From Peribolospora baueri (Eukaryota), in NCBI GenBank assembly GCA_029717555.1, contig JAMDHS010000012.1, positions 62,001-126,000 of the forward strand: a DNA stretch of 64,000 nt. The letters are read 5' to 3'. A program made the translations under genes and the position numbers. Numbering within the stretch: the stretch's first letter is position 1; the number at the start of each line of letters is the position of its first letter. The notes under the pieces are model-generated. The model saw only the letters and a list, made by a program, of their open reading frames with translations, had not been told where the DNA came from and did not search any database. Below, in pieces: positions 63,677-64,000 of the stretch.

Positions 63677-63811
63677 TCAAATGTAACCGAGACTCTTGTA
63701 GCTGAAACCCGAGGGAGCAAAGAGGGGGGGTTTAACAGGGACGGGTGAGCATGGAGAAACTCTGGCAAAAGCACGGCGGCTCCCGTCACTCACACAGCGT
63801 CGGAAATGTAA
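63677..63811 (-). promoter_or_regulatory. Arginine attenuator peptide (AAP) uORF, last two exons; first exon probably beyond the window end
   Basis: 18-nt exon 63811-63794 (CAG|T TAC ATT TCC GAC GCT GT|GTGAGT) plus exon 63701-63677 (CAG|C TAC AAG AGT CTC GGT TAC ATT TGA) read (D)YISDAVYKSLGYI*. This aligns with the AAP core DYLSDHLW/DYISDHIW and ends 78 nt before the CPA1 ATG. Confidence 0.85.
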
Positions 63812-63821
63812 CTGGTTAGAA

Positions 63822-63868
63822 GAGGAAGGAAAGGAAGACAAGGAAGGAAGGAAGGAAGGAAGGAAAGG
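63822..63868. repeat. (GGAA)n microsatellite forming the polypyrimidine tract of the uORF intron on the minus strand
   Basis: Run aggaaggaaggaaggaaggaaggaaagg. Confidence 0.8.
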
Positions 63869-64000
63869 ATGAGCGGTCCGTAGACTCGATGGGGGCCATG
63901 CTCTTCGATGATGATAAGGTCGTGCTCGCGGTCGCCGTGCTGGACACGGGGCACGCCGTTGCGCAAGGAGCGGGCAGGCTCGAGCGAGCCATGGGCGCGG

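Noticed and set aside
63604..63789. 61-aa ORF upstream of CPA1 as the uORF
   Set aside because: Begins at a GTG inside the uORF intron; the spliced AAP model explains the region better.

Overview
GC-rich, intron-rich eukaryotic DNA from a fungus, very probably a basidiomycete (GTGAGT/GTGCGT donors, roughly 80-170 nt introns; the lineage is inference). I assembled 18 intact-looking protein genes by hand from splice signals. In order: Zn2Cys6/PAS-like transcription factor, U2SURP/SR140, auxin-efflux-carrier-type transporter, vigilin/Scp160, Chd1, thymidylate synthase, NimA/Nek kinase, Sam37/metaxin, Nudix hydrolase, DASH Dad1, a DUF2439 (Mte1/ZGRF1-N-like) protein, SAGA Sgf73, complex I NDUFB3, topoisomerase I, a MAPEG protein, phosducin-like Plp1, cis-prenyltransferase and the CPS small subunit. 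Three elements missing from the ORF track are the most interesting: (1) an arginine-attenuator-peptide uORF split into micro-exons upstream of CPA1; (2) a doubly frameshifted P-loop kinase pseudogene; (3) an adjacent low-GC segment that looks like an internally inverted Penelope-like retroelement relic and may supply that gene's 3' end. Shared MCB-type motifs lie upstream of two DNA-metabolism genes. No rRNA, tRNA or CRISPR array was seen. Family calls come from motif recognition, not database searches, and I found no convincing wholly new system.
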